DNA of 64,000 nt. It comes from Candidatus Nezhaarchaeota archaeon. Lineage in GTDB: Archaea > Thermoproteota > Methanomethylicia > Nezhaarchaeales > WYZ-LMO8. The DNA is taken from the NCBI GenBank assembly GCA_030055465.1, contig JASFYF010000001.1:894581-958580 (forward strand), given 5' to 3'. Below, in pieces: positions 18,900 to 28,687 of the stretch. Within the stretch, counting starts at the first letter, position 1, and every line of letters starts with the position of its first letter. The notes below the pieces were generated by a model. The model saw only the letters and a program-made list of their open reading frames with translations. It had not been told where the DNA came from and made no database searches. The position numbers were made by a program, and so were the translations under genes.

Positions 18900-20157
18900 A
18901 AGCTGGGGTGAAATAAGGGATCCCGTACACGGTTACATATTCCTGAACAGCTTTGAGAAAGATATAGTGGATACTTACCCCATGCAAAGGCTTCATAGGA
19001 TCAAACAGCTGGGGAACGCCTATTTAACGTACCCAGGAGCTGACCACTCGCGCTTCAGCCACTCCTTAGGCGTATTCCACTTGGCATCTGTGGTGAGCCG
19101 GAAGCTTTTGGATTTGGGCTTCAACCATGAAGAGCTTCAAGAACTAAGGCTTGCAGCGCTTTTACACGATGTAGGTCACGGCCCGTTCTCGCACTTGTTC
19201 GAAGAGGCCGTTCTGAGGAGAAAGCAGTTAACACATGAAGAGTTGACCTCCCTTATAATTAGGGGGACAGAGGTAGGTGAGGTTATCGGGAGCTACGGTT
19301 ATGATCCTTGCAGGGTCTCGCTTTTATCCATCGGAAAGCTGCAGTCCCCCCTCAACATCCTAATATCAGGGCCATTCGACATGGATAAGCTCGACTTCCT
19401 GTCAAGGGACTCTTACTTTACGGGAGTTGAGTATGGCAAGGTTGATGTGGCGAGGCTGCTGATGTCTATTGGGGTTGTAGACGGTTCCTTGGCCTTAGAA
19501 CTTCCTTCAAGCCTCTACGCCCTTGAGACGTTTCTAATCTCAAGGTACGAGATGTTCAAGGCCGTGTACTTTCATCGCACTGTGAGGGCAGCCTGGATAA
19601 TGCTCGCCGAGGCCATACGCGTTGCGTGCGAGCACGGCGGTCTATTCGACTTCAAGGACGTAAACGACTTCTTAGTAATGGATGATGGATACGTGGAGAC
19701 GAACCTGAGAAGAATGGCGAGGGATGCTGTCGGAGTTGAGGATGAACTGAAGCCAGCACGTGAGCTCTACTCTATGCTTGAGAGAAGGGAGCTCTTCAAA
19801 TCAGTTTACGAGGCTGTACTACACGCTGAAAGCGGCAGACCGCTTATAGATAAGCGACGTAAAGAGGAGCTCGAGAGAACCATGGCTGAGAGGGCAGGAA
19901 TCGAGCAGTGGATGGTGGTTGTGGACACACCGATGATCCCCTCGCTGCCTTACACTCCAACTCAACCAGATCCCATGGATATACCGGTGTTCGAAGAGAT
20001 AGGAGGCACGCTCGTTAAAAGGAAGCTAACGGAGTTTTCAAAGCTCATCGAAAGCCTTAGAGGGTATGTTGACATAGTCAGGATATACTCGCACCCGAAG
20101 TTCAAAGACAAAGTGAGATCGATCGCTGAAAGCGAGGTTGAATCGTTACTTCCTTGA
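18886..20157 (+). CDS. HD-domain phosphohydrolase (dGTPase/SAMHD1-like)
   Basis: DPVHGYI, RLHRIKQLG, HSRFSHSLGV and LLHDVGHGPFSH motifs. An internal ATG is preferred as the start. Confidence 0.8.
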   Translation: MRSIKSWGEIRDPVHGYIFLNSFEKDIVDTYPMQRLHRIKQLGNAYLTYPGADHSRFSHSLGVFHLASVVSRKLLDLGFNHEELQELRLAALLHDVGHGPFSHLFEEAVLRRKQLTHEELTSLIIRGTEVGEVIGSYGYDPCRVSLLSIGKLQSPLNILISGPFDMDKLDFLSRDSYFTGVEYGKVDVARLLMSIGVVDGSLALELPSSLYALETFLISRYEMFKAVYFHRTVRAAWIMLAEAIRVACEHGGLFDFKDVNDFLVMDDGYVETNLRRMARDAVGVEDELKPARELYSMLERRELFKSVYEAVLHAESGRPLIDKRRKEELERTMAERAGIEQWMVVVDTPMIPSLPYTPTQPDPMDIPVFEEIGGTLVKRKLTEFSKLIESLRGYVDIVRIYSHPKFKDKVRSIAESEVESLLP

Positions 20158-20583
20158 GAGCTTCCTCACAACCCCTTGAAATGCGTCTACCTCTACTATG
20201 TCTCCGCACTTTAAAGCTCTCAGCGCCTCTTCCGGAATACCACATACGAGAGGTATCTCGCTGATAGCGCAACCAGTGATAGTCATCAAGTCCATTTTCA
20301 CCGTTGCTATGGCTCCGGGTGCCTTCCCCTTCTTCGCTAGGCTGTAAATAACATAGGAGCCAACCGTGCTTCCCTTACCTTGGAGCATTACAAGAACCTT
20401 ACCGGCCAAGCCCTTCCCTTCAAGGTCATGTCCCTTTTCCAGAACTACGCCGGTATCGGGATCAACTCCACCAAGAAGGGAGAGGGGCTTAACGGATACT
20501 AGGGCTTCTCCCCTAAAGCGTCCTGCTACGACTCCCTTACCCTTATAACTCACGACCCCAAAGCCTCCTCTATGCATCTCCAT
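20146..20583 (-). CDS. aconitase X swivel-domain subunit (DUF126), phosphomevalonate dehydratase small subunit
   Basis: GEALVS.KPLSLLGGVDP.TG and GKGSTVGSYV motifs of DUF126. It overlaps the upstream DUF521 gene. Confidence 0.7.
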   Translation of the reverse strand: MEMHRGGFGVVSYKGKGVVAGRFRGEALVSVKPLSLLGGVDPDTGVVLEKGHDLEGKGLAGKVLVMLQGKGSTVGSYVIYSLAKKGKAPGAIATVKMDLMTITGCAISEIPLVCGIPEEALRALKCGDIVEVDAFQGVVRKLSRK

Positions 20584-21740
20584 CTCTTTCCAATCGATAT
20601 GTTAGAGCTAGTCATAGTTTCAGCGTAGTGAGCCGCTTTGGCCGAGTCCGTTAACACCACATCGTCTTTGGAAAGCTTAATGGGCGAGACCACCAGACAG
20701 GTATCCTTGACCAAGTGCGCTCCTGCCCTCTCTATTGCGGCTACTAGGCCCCTCCGTGCAGCCTCCGCGTAAACGCTCCTCGACGTTGAGATGAGGAGCC
20801 TCACGTCCTTCTTAACCTTCCTGCCGCGAAGTCTTTCAGCTATTGCCCTCAGCTCTCCAAGGCTGCAATGCGGGCAACCTATAAACACCAAAGAAGGGGT
20901 TCTCGTGAGAGCCCACCTATCGTAGATATCCGCTATCTCTGGTTGATCTATTTGAACCTCCTCGAGCTTTCTTGAGCTCCACCCTACCTCATCAAGCAAG
21001 AACATGGATGTAGAGCTTGAGGTTCCTAAGCCGGCTGCAAGGTACTTCAGACTCTCTCTAGTGTACCCTTTTCTTAGCAGCAGTAGAGGAACCTGAGAGG
21101 GGACCTTCAATCCTATAAGATAGCCAAGGATTCCCCAGTCAGCGCAGTCTCTAACGGCTAACGGCGCCTCAACTTTAACCTCCGGGCCCCTATCCTCCTT
21201 GTGCTCCTTTGTCATCGCAGTCCTCCCGGTTATAGCTGCCGCCAACGCTGAGGGCCCGCTCTCTCTGTTCGTATAGGCGCCGATGACGCTGTTTACGTAC
21301 ACGACAGCGGACGACTCAGCCCATGCTACGTGATCGCCCTTTCTAGGTTTATTGTCCGCATAGTATGGGGTGCAGCTTAACGTCGGCTCGACACCCATAG
21401 ATTTAAGGAGCTCTATTATCTCCATCTGTTTCTTGAAAAATGGTTCATCGACGTCAAATAGCCAAGGTTTGTCCAAGTCGAAGCCACAGGGATTCATAGT
21501 TGTCTTAACTCTTACCTTACAACCTTCACGGCTCATATCTTTCAGGAACTCTATTCCCGGATCACCTATGTTTTTGTAGGAGACGCCCGAAACGTGGGCG
21601 CTTCGTATCTTTATGGTGGTGCCGCATCCATACGAGTCGGCAATGGTTAAAATAAGTTTAATAGCCTTCTTGCAGGACTCGCCGTAATATCCCCTAAGCA
21701 TTAACTCCTCAGCCTTGCCAAGCCTCATAATAGTCTTCAC
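20550..21740 (-). CDS. aconitase X catalytic subunit (DUF521), phosphomevalonate dehydratase large subunit
   Basis: About 400 aa with conserved Cys residues (LSCTPY, GCPHCS), typical of the AcnX large subunit. In an operon with DUF126 and UbiD-like genes. Confidence 0.7.
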   Translation of the reverse strand: MKTIMRLGKAEELMLRGYYGESCKKAIKLILTIADSYGCGTTIKIRSAHVSGVSYKNIGDPGIEFLKDMSREGCKVRVKTTMNPCGFDLDKPWLFDVDEPFFKKQMEIIELLKSMGVEPTLSCTPYYADNKPRKGDHVAWAESSAVVYVNSVIGAYTNRESGPSALAAAITGRTAMTKEHKEDRGPEVKVEAPLAVRDCADWGILGYLIGLKVPSQVPLLLLRKGYTRESLKYLAAGLGTSSSTSMFLLDEVGWSSRKLEEVQIDQPEIADIYDRWALTRTPSLVFIGCPHCSLGELRAIAERLRGRKVKKDVRLLISTSRSVYAEAARRGLVAAIERAGAHLVKDTCLVVSPIKLSKDDVVLTDSAKAAHYAETMTSSNISIGKRWRCIEEALGS

Positions 21741-23013
21741 CTGGTATTACGGCTTTTTCAAATCTCTCTTTGCTTGCTCCTAGAGGTCTTGTAGCATCTA
21801 CACCCACCTTGCACGTTAAGAGGGTTTCCGGGTCGACTGAAGGGTCAAGGCTCGACCCGCGCGCGCGGTTTACCACTACGAGCCCTCTATCCGCTTGGAA
21901 CCTCGTGGCTATGGCCCACTCCACATCTTTTGGGTCGTCCACGTTTATGTCTTCATCAACAACCACGACGCTTTTAAGGCTTGGATGGCACCCGAACGCC
22001 ATCATAATAGCAGTTTTGGCATCTCCCTCTGTCGCCTTTTCCAGTGATATCACTGCGTGAAGCCATCCACATCCACCCTCGCTTAGCCGTACTTTACGTA
22101 CTCTCGGAATCACTTTTCTAAGCCCCATCCAGAGCTCAGCTTCTTTGGGGAAGCCCATCAAAAGCTTGTGCTCCAAGCCTGCCGGAAGAACGGCTTGATA
22201 CACAGCTTCCTCATTGATGTATATGCCGTCGACTCGTAGGACCGGCTGCATTCTAACAGCGTCATAGGTCCCAGTGATGTCGGTGAAAGGTCCCTCAGCG
22301 ACGTATTCGTCAGCCTTTATAACCCCTTCCAACACTATTTCAGAGCTTACGGGAACGTCTATGCCGTGCTTGGGCGTTGCAACGACTTTTACCCCGTCGC
22401 CCATAATTCTGTTGGCAACCCAAAGCTCGTTGACTCCAAAAGGAGGAGAAGACGCTGCTGCCAGCGTAATTGATGGATGACATCCTATGACTACGGCTAC
22501 AGGTAAATCTAGACCCTTCTTCTTAGCTTCTGCGTGCATTGCGTTGAGGTGGCGGGGCACTATCCTTATGGCTGCTCTATTGTCGTCCAAAACTAGAAGC
22601 CTGTGGACTGAGGCGTTGCAAGATTCATCGAGCTTCGCTATCACTATGGAACTTGTAATGTACCGGCCAGCATCCCTTTCATAGTACTTGAAGGCCGGAA
22701 GCCCGCTTAAACCTCCCTTAAACGCCGCGTAGAAGTTGCCGAATTGGCCTCCCGCCTCCTTCGGCCTGAGAGGCCTCTCTAATCCCTCGGCTAATATGTT
22801 GTAAGCGTCAGACATCGTCCTAGCACCCAAGCACTTAAGCAACCTAGCCCTCGATCCTACTACGTTCCCCACGGCCGGCATGTCGTGACCCTTCAGCCTC
22901 TTGAAGAGCACTATGGGCCCGCCATCATTCTTCTTTAAGATGAGAGCGGCCTCAAATATTGGCGATACCTCTTGCTCGATGATTTTTACCTCGTTGCTCA
23001 GCACGAAGTCCAT
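21709..23013 (-). CDS. UbiD-family decarboxylase (likely anhydromevalonate phosphate decarboxylase)
   Basis: UbiD-family length and motifs (GPFTDITGTYD, VVVVDEDINV.D..DVEWA). The functional assignment comes from the AcnX gene context. Confidence 0.65.
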   Translation of the reverse strand: MDFVLSNEVKIIEQEVSPIFEAALILKKNDGGPIVLFKRLKGHDMPAVGNVVGSRARLLKCLGARTMSDAYNILAEGLERPLRPKEAGGQFGNFYAAFKGGLSGLPAFKYYERDAGRYITSSIVIAKLDESCNASVHRLLVLDDNRAAIRIVPRHLNAMHAEAKKKGLDLPVAVVIGCHPSITLAAASSPPFGVNELWVANRIMGDGVKVVATPKHGIDVPVSSEIVLEGVIKADEYVAEGPFTDITGTYDAVRMQPVLRVDGIYINEEAVYQAVLPAGLEHKLLMGFPKEAELWMGLRKVIPRVRKVRLSEGGCGWLHAVISLEKATEGDAKTAIMMAFGCHPSLKSVVVVDEDINVDDPKDVEWAIATRFQADRGLVVVNRARGSSLDPSVDPETLLTCKVGVDATRPLGASKERFEKAVIPGEDYYEAWQG

Positions 23014-23148
23014 TAATCTTATGGCTTAGACCCCCTCGTCACCTATGTATGATTAAGCCTTTAGGTAAATTTTAAGGAAGAGAAAAGGTTTTAGCCTTAT
23101 GGTTTCATCTAGAGCAGGAGCTATAGGAGCTTGGTGGAGAGGAGCTCA

Positions 23149-24321
23149 ATGGGCGAGCTCATTCCTGCCAACCCTCAGGACTTGCTTGAGGGCAAGATCA
23201 CCGACGTGTACTTTGAGCGGACTAAGGAGGTACTGGAGAGGGAAAACCTGTCACATGTAAGGGTGATAGCCGAGATTCACTGCTACTCCATGCCCGAGGG
23301 GTGCAGCTGGGCGGTTCTAGCGGGAGTCTACGACGTTATAAACCTCTTAGAGGGAAAAAACCTCAACGTTTATTCCATGCCTGAGGGGACATTGTTTAGG
23401 CCCCTTCAGCCGGTCATGAACATTGAGGGGTCATACGTGGATTTCTGCAGCTATGAGACCTCTATACTTGGAATCCTGAGGCATATGTCTAGCGTTGCAA
23501 CCAAAGCCGCCAGGTGCAAAAAAGCTGCTGGAGATAAGGTGTTGCTGTTTTTTGGGACTAGATCCGTGCACCCACTCATTGCGCCTATAATTGATCGAGC
23601 TGCGTTTATTGGTGGATGCGACGGCATCTCGGATGCTTACGGAGCTGAAAAGCTGGGGCTTAAGCCTGTAGGCACGATCCCCCACTCCTTGATAGTAATC
23701 TTTGGGGATCAGGTGGCTGCATGGAAGGCCTTCGACAAACACGCCCCAGAAGAGGTGCCGCGCATCGTGCTGTGCGACACGTGGTTTGATGAAAGGGTAG
23801 AAGCCTTGATGGCGGCCGAAGCCTTGGGTTCAAGGCTTTACGGCGTGAGGTTCGATACGCCTAGCTCGAGGAGGGGAAACATGAGGAGGATAGTTGAGGA
23901 GGCCAGGTGGACCCTTAATGTTAAGGGATTCGAACACGTGAAGATAATAGTAAGCGGTGGAATAGATGAGGAGGCAATTAAAGATTTGAGGGACCTAGTT
24001 GACGGCTTTGGTGTAGGCACCGCCATAGCGTTTCCCACCTCAGTAGACCTCTCAATGGATATAGTCGAGGTGGAAGGCGAACCCAGATCTAAGAGGGGCA
24101 AACTGCCAGGAAGAAAAGAGGTGTACAGGTGCTGGAGCTGCTTTGAAGATTACATGAGGCCGGCTGGGCACGGAATGAACTACTGCCCCAAGTGTGGCTC
24201 TGCCGTTGAACCCCTGCTGAAACCGATGATACTGAACGGCAGGAAGATGTGCAAGGAAGAGTCCATCCAAGAAATCAGAAGCTACGTCTTAAAGCAGCTT
24301 AGCCTTTTAAGGGACTTCTAA
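23149..24321 (+). CDS. nicotinate phosphoribosyltransferase family protein with C-terminal Zn-ribbon
   Basis: Type II PRTase pattern (TDVYF, GTIPHSLI, DT., SGGI) with a CWSC..CPKC tail. Confidence 0.65.
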   Translation: MGELIPANPQDLLEGKITDVYFERTKEVLERENLSHVRVIAEIHCYSMPEGCSWAVLAGVYDVINLLEGKNLNVYSMPEGTLFRPLQPVMNIEGSYVDFCSYETSILGILRHMSSVATKAARCKKAAGDKVLLFFGTRSVHPLIAPIIDRAAFIGGCDGISDAYGAEKLGLKPVGTIPHSLIVIFGDQVAAWKAFDKHAPEEVPRIVLCDTWFDERVEALMAAEALGSRLYGVRFDTPSSRRGNMRRIVEEARWTLNVKGFEHVKIIVSGGIDEEAIKDLRDLVDGFGVGTAIAFPTSVDLSMDIVEVEGEPRSKRGKLPGRKEVYRCWSCFEDYMRPAGHGMNYCPKCGSAVEPLLKPMILNGRKMCKEESIQEIRSYVLKQLSLLRDF

Positions 24322-24843
24322 GCTGACGTGTTTTCTTCTTTTTTCCTCCACTCCTTTGAAGGCGCTTTTGATAGCTTTGACTATGAGGTTAGCGGCAGCC
24401 ACAACCTCGCCACTCATCGGGGATCCTATTTCCAGATTCTTCGGCTGAGCACCAAGCAGTATTACCTTGGATCCCACTTCTGCCTCTATGTACTTCGCAA
24501 GCATCGTAAACGAAGGTCTATGAGAAGATATGGTGACCTCGTCGAACTTTGGGTCAAGCGATAGGACAACGTCGCCGGGTGAGCCGCCGAAGTCGACCGC
24601 ATCGACTATCACTACGTGGGTTGGCTTGATATTTCTGATCACGCTCGTGTAGTTTTCCGGAGTGTTTCCACTGTCAATGATTTTTGCGAAGTCCTTTGCC
24701 TTGCCTCTTTTAAGGCTCCTCGCTACGTAGGGTCCTAAGCCGTCATCCCCTCTTTCATCGTTGCCTACACATAAGACAACTACGAGGGGCTCCTTTTCCC
24801 TCGTTAACTCATCGAGCAGCACCTTAGAGAGCTTCTTCCACAA
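24307..24843 (-). CDS. hydrogenase maturation endopeptidase (HycI/FrhD-like)
   Basis: VVLCVGNDERGDDGLGPYVA and H..S motifs of the hydrogenase maturation protease family. Confidence 0.7.
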   Translation of the reverse strand: MWKKLSKVLLDELTREKEPLVVVLCVGNDERGDDGLGPYVARSLKRGKAKDFAKIIDSGNTPENYTSVIRNIKPTHVVIVDAVDFGGSPGDVVLSLDPKFDEVTISSHRPSFTMLAKYIEAEVGSKVILLGAQPKNLEIGSPMSGEVVAAANLIVKAIKSAFKGVEEKRRKHVSLEVP

Positions 24844-24919
24844 TTTCTCTCAAAGAGAATTTTTATCAAGCTCTAGGTTTAAATAATGTTCCCCTAGTCT
24901 TTAAGATGCTGAGGAGGCC

Positions 24920-25453
24920 TTGATCAGCCCAAAACCAACCATCAGGTGTGAAGTCGGGGAAAGACTGACAGTGAAAGGTGAAGAGGCTGTAAAGCTTAGG
25001 GAGCTTGGATACTACGGTGAAGTAGATGAGAAAGGGAACGTAGTGCTGGACCCTGTTGAGGCTGCCTACCTCCTTGAGAAGGGGGCTCTGAGCTTAGATT
25101 TCCAAGGCAAATCCCTAGATTTCCATGAATTTACGCAATTAATGCTTATGAGGAATCCGATTTTCTGGTATAGATATCTTGTATACTCGGACCTTAAGCG
25201 AAGGGGATATACGGTCAAGCCCGGCTTTTCGACTAGCGATGTAGAATTCAGGCTTTACAGGAGGGGGGTTGAAATAGGCAGGGAAGGTGCTAAGTACATA
25301 GTGTTCGGAGTTGTTGAGGGCAAACCAATAGATCTAAGATCTTTAATCGAAAAGGCCAGAGAAGCCAGGAACTTAAGGAAAGAACTTGTGACTGCTATTG
25401 TAGATGCTCAAGGAGAGGTATGCTACTATTCAGTAGCCTTATCAGATTTGTAG
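24920..25453 (+). CDS. endA: tRNA-splicing endonuclease family subunit (EndA-like; catalytic His not conserved)
   Basis: YLVYSDLKRRGYTVKPGF...FRLYRRG...NLRKELVTAIVDAQGEVCYYSV aligns to the EndA C-terminal domain. The Tyr and Lys are present, but the His of the EHS.Y motif reads EGAKY. Confidence 0.75.
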   Translation: MISPKPTIRCEVGERLTVKGEEAVKLRELGYYGEVDEKGNVVLDPVEAAYLLEKGALSLDFQGKSLDFHEFTQLMLMRNPIFWYRYLVYSDLKRRGYTVKPGFSTSDVEFRLYRRGVEIGREGAKYIVFGVVEGKPIDLRSLIEKAREARNLRKELVTAIVDAQGEVCYYSVALSDL

Positions 25454-25472
25454 CGAAGTGGAGGTTGTGTCG

Positions 25473-26768
25473 ATGAGCAAGCCAAGCTATAAGCGCCCTC
25501 GGGGAACCAGGGATTTCCTTCCTTGGGACATGATAAAGAGGCGGCACGTGATAGAAACAATCAGGAGCGTTTTCGAGCTCCACGGTTACGATGAGGTTGA
25601 AACACCTGCCTTCGAGTTTCTAGAGGTTCTCACGGCTAAGTGCGGGTCAGACGTCAAAGAGCAGATATACTCCTTTAAAGATAAGGCTGGAAGAGACCTA
25701 GGCTTAAGATTCGACCTCACCGTGCCGCTGGCGAGAATCGCCGCGAACAACCCGAACTTGTTGAAGCCATTTAAGAGGTACTGCATATCGAAGGTTTGGA
25801 GGTACGAGGAACCGCAAAGCGGTAGGTTCAGGGAGTTTTGGCAAGCCGACGTGGACATTGTTGGCAGTCCAAAAATGGACTCGGATGCCGAGGTCATAGC
25901 CGTTGCCATCATGTGCCTTGAAAGGCTTGGAATGAAGAACTTCAAGGTCAGGGTCAACAACAGAAAGATACTTGAATCCATAGCGTCAACCATCGGTTTG
26001 GAAGGAGAACAATCTCTGAGCTTTTTCAGGACCATAGATAAGCTGGACAAAATAGGAGCGGAAGGAGTGAAGAGAGAGTTGGTGAAGATGGGTTTAGAGG
26101 GCTTTCAGGTTGATAACGTAATGAATCTGATGTCAAAGTCCGGTGATGTAGATCGCATAGAGGCGGAGGTAAGCAATGCCTTGACGCAGGAAGGCCAGGA
26201 GGGCATCAAGGAGCTGAGCGAGCTTATAAGCTCTCTAGAGCTGCACGGTTACTCAAAGTACGTGGTTGTGGATTTAAGCCTAGCAAGGGGCTTGGACTAC
26301 TACACCGGACCGATATTCGAGGTGTCGGCTGAGACTACGGTCAGCGTCGGCAGTGTGGCGGGTGGAGGAAGATACGACAACTTGGTGGAGCTGCTGGGGG
26401 GGCCTCCAACACCTGCAACGGGCATATCGCTTGGGGTGGACAGGCTGGTTGAGGTGCTTGAGGAGGCAAACATGTTGCCCTCATCTAAAACGGTAACCAA
26501 GGTGTTCGTAGCGTGCGCGTTGCCACACTTGAAGCGAGATGCATTACGATTGGCTGGCGCGCTGAGGGCTAAAGGGGTAAACGCCGAGACGGATTTAATG
26601 GAAAGAAAGCTTGACAGACAGTTAAAGTACTCCGATGCCAAGGGCATCCCCTACACGATCATAGTAGGACCCGAAGAACTCAGCCGTGGAGTTTATAGGT
26701 TAAGGGATATGAAGAGTCGAACGGAATATGTGGTAAACTTTGAAGAGCTCCTCCAAAAGCTCAGCTAA
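25473..26768 (+). CDS. hisS: histidyl-tRNA synthetase
   Basis: RGTRDFLP, class II motifs (FRYE.PQ.GR.REF.Q, GGGRYD), anticodon-binding C-terminus. Confidence 0.9.
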   Translation: MSKPSYKRPRGTRDFLPWDMIKRRHVIETIRSVFELHGYDEVETPAFEFLEVLTAKCGSDVKEQIYSFKDKAGRDLGLRFDLTVPLARIAANNPNLLKPFKRYCISKVWRYEEPQSGRFREFWQADVDIVGSPKMDSDAEVIAVAIMCLERLGMKNFKVRVNNRKILESIASTIGLEGEQSLSFFRTIDKLDKIGAEGVKRELVKMGLEGFQVDNVMNLMSKSGDVDRIEAEVSNALTQEGQEGIKELSELISSLELHGYSKYVVVDLSLARGLDYYTGPIFEVSAETTVSVGSVAGGGRYDNLVELLGGPPTPATGISLGVDRLVEVLEEANMLPSSKTVTKVFVACALPHLKRDALRLAGALRAKGVNAETDLMERKLDRQLKYSDAKGIPYTIIVGPEELSRGVYRLRDMKSRTEYVVNFEELLQKLS

Positions 26769-26908
26769 CCCCTCCACTTCAAAGGGCAAGGCTCGAGTAC
26801 TTGTCGCTCACTAATCGAACCGTTTGAAGCTGCCGCGCGCTCCGCGCACTGCTAAACACCCGTGAAGAGCTTGCCAAGAGCTATGCTAGCGCATACCAAG
26901 ATCGACCT

Positions 26909-27895
26909 CTAATCGTTGCTTTCCAATCGGAGCTTTGCCCGAACACCTCTTACTGCCCTTACCATAGCATCCATTTTTTTGAGGGCTACTTCGAAGGCAC
27001 TCTCAGAGCCGCATTGCTCTAGCAGCCCTCTAAAGCCACAATCAGGCGCTACCACAATGCTGATGCCGTACCTTTCCAAGGCCCTGTTCAAGAGCTCCTC
27101 AATCTCGCTCTCGCCCTCTATTCTTATATTGACATCTATGGGTCTCGTCGTCACCGCCCCTATCCCAAGCATCTTACCTGACTCAAGAAGTTGCGATTGG
27201 TCGTACGCCTCCAGATTTCTCGGAAACCCCATAACTTCATGATGTATGACGTCCACGTCAAGCTTTAACGTTACCCGGTGGAGGCCCATGGCGTCGCCGC
27301 ATACGTGGATGCCCCTCTCCACACTTCCATCAACCCTCTTGAAGGTCCTATTTATGATGCTTGCCGCTGTTTTTTCATCGTAACCGTACCACAATGCATG
27401 ATATAGCACAGGCTCATCTACGAATGCAACTTCAACATTATCATAGCTGCATGCAGCTGCCAATATTTCAGCCAAAGCATCCGCAAAGCTTTCCGCGACG
27501 TCGGGGTAGGACATGGCTGTCTTGTCCATAAACCTAACAGCGGATGAAAGCGTTAAAGGTCCAGTAACCTGCACCTTCAACCTTAATTCCCTTCCAAGTT
27601 CGCGGAGCTTCGAGATAGCTAAAGCAACTTCTTGAGTTATTGCAGGTTCTTTGGGGGCCTCAACCGGTCCAACAAGCATGAAGTTATTTCCCCTTTTCTG
27701 GAGCCCCCTTCCCCTCTCAGCTATATCTTGTAGAAAGACCTCGCAGAAGTCCTTCAACTGGGGTAGCGCCGGGTAGTCTATCCCAACCTTGGCTTGGACT
27801 TCAATGCTCAGCTTAAAATTATCGATGGTTGAAGGTAGAGGAAAGCTACCTATGGTTGTAGTAGTTAAGCACCTCAAGCTCGTCCACCCACTCAA
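26909..27895 (-). CDS. MetE-like cobalamin-independent methionine synthase family protein (single-domain archaeal form)
   Basis: TTTIGSFPLP and the zinc ligand motifs IHVCGD and APDCGF. Confidence 0.65.
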   Translation of the reverse strand: MSGWTSLRCLTTTTIGSFPLPSTIDNFKLSIEVQAKVGIDYPALPQLKDFCEVFLQDIAERGRGLQKRGNNFMLVGPVEAPKEPAITQEVALAISKLRELGRELRLKVQVTGPLTLSSAVRFMDKTAMSYPDVAESFADALAEILAAACSYDNVEVAFVDEPVLYHALWYGYDEKTAASIINRTFKRVDGSVERGIHVCGDAMGLHRVTLKLDVDVIHHEVMGFPRNLEAYDQSQLLESGKMLGIGAVTTRPIDVNIRIEGESEIEELLNRALERYGISIVVAPDCGFRGLLEQCGSESAFEVALKKMDAMVRAVRGVRAKLRLESND

Positions 27896-27973
27896 GCTGT
27901 CCGTAGTTAAGGGGCAGCGAAGAAGTAAAAAGTTCCTCGGTAGTTTAATTTAAATCCTGCTATCGGTGTCCCT

Positions 27974-28684
27974 ATGGATCATGCTGTTTCCCTGCTTGAG
28001 GCTTTAAGGCAGAGAAGGTACGACTATGTAGACGTCGTAAGTCGAAGAACCGTGGACCTCCTCAAGGAATACGTTTTGACCCTAGATCAACGCGAGCTAT
28101 GGCGATTGATAGACTCAACCACCGGAGGCCTCGGATACACGCTAGAGGACAAGGAAATCACCAGATTGATGGTTTATGGCTCATACATAGCTTGGGTTGA
28201 AGTGGCCCAGGAAGGCTCGAAAATCCTTGAGGTGGGAACAGGCCTCGGCAGGACGTGCCACGTCATTCTCTCGTCTATAAGATCTTCTCTGTACCTTACC
28301 CTAGACTCATCCCAGGAAGTCTTGGCCATAGCCCTACACAAAAATCCGTACCCCCAACTTCAGCGCTCCCTTTGGGATCCTTGCGTCAAAATTTGCCTTC
28401 AAGATGCTGTAGAGGCGGTCAACGCCATCTCCGACGTTTTTGACCACATAATTCATGATGGTGGTCCAAGCCCAAGTAAAAACCACCGACTTTTCTCGGC
28501 TGCCTTTCTGGGAAGGTTGGTGAAGCTCCTCAGAAGTGGTGGCACCATGTCTGTATTTGGAGGCAAAGATAGAAGATGGCAGGATAAAATATTTAATACT
28601 CTAAACCGTTTGGGCCTTCACGTTAAGACGGAGCCTTTGCCGTACTCTCCTATAGTTGTCTTTCACTGCACGAAGGGAAAGTAG
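27974..28684 (+). CDS. class I SAM-dependent methyltransferase-like protein
   Basis: ILEVGTGLGRT motif I and an acidic post-I residue (LTLDSS). Substrate unknown. Confidence 0.45.
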   Translation: MDHAVSLLEALRQRRYDYVDVVSRRTVDLLKEYVLTLDQRELWRLIDSTTGGLGYTLEDKEITRLMVYGSYIAWVEVAQEGSKILEVGTGLGRTCHVILSSIRSSLYLTLDSSQEVLAIALHKNPYPQLQRSLWDPCVKICLQDAVEAVNAISDVFDHIIHDGGPSPSKNHRLFSAAFLGRLVKLLRSGGTMSVFGGKDRRWQDKIFNTLNRLGLHVKTEPLPYSPIVVFHCTKGK

Positions 28685-28687
28685 TGG

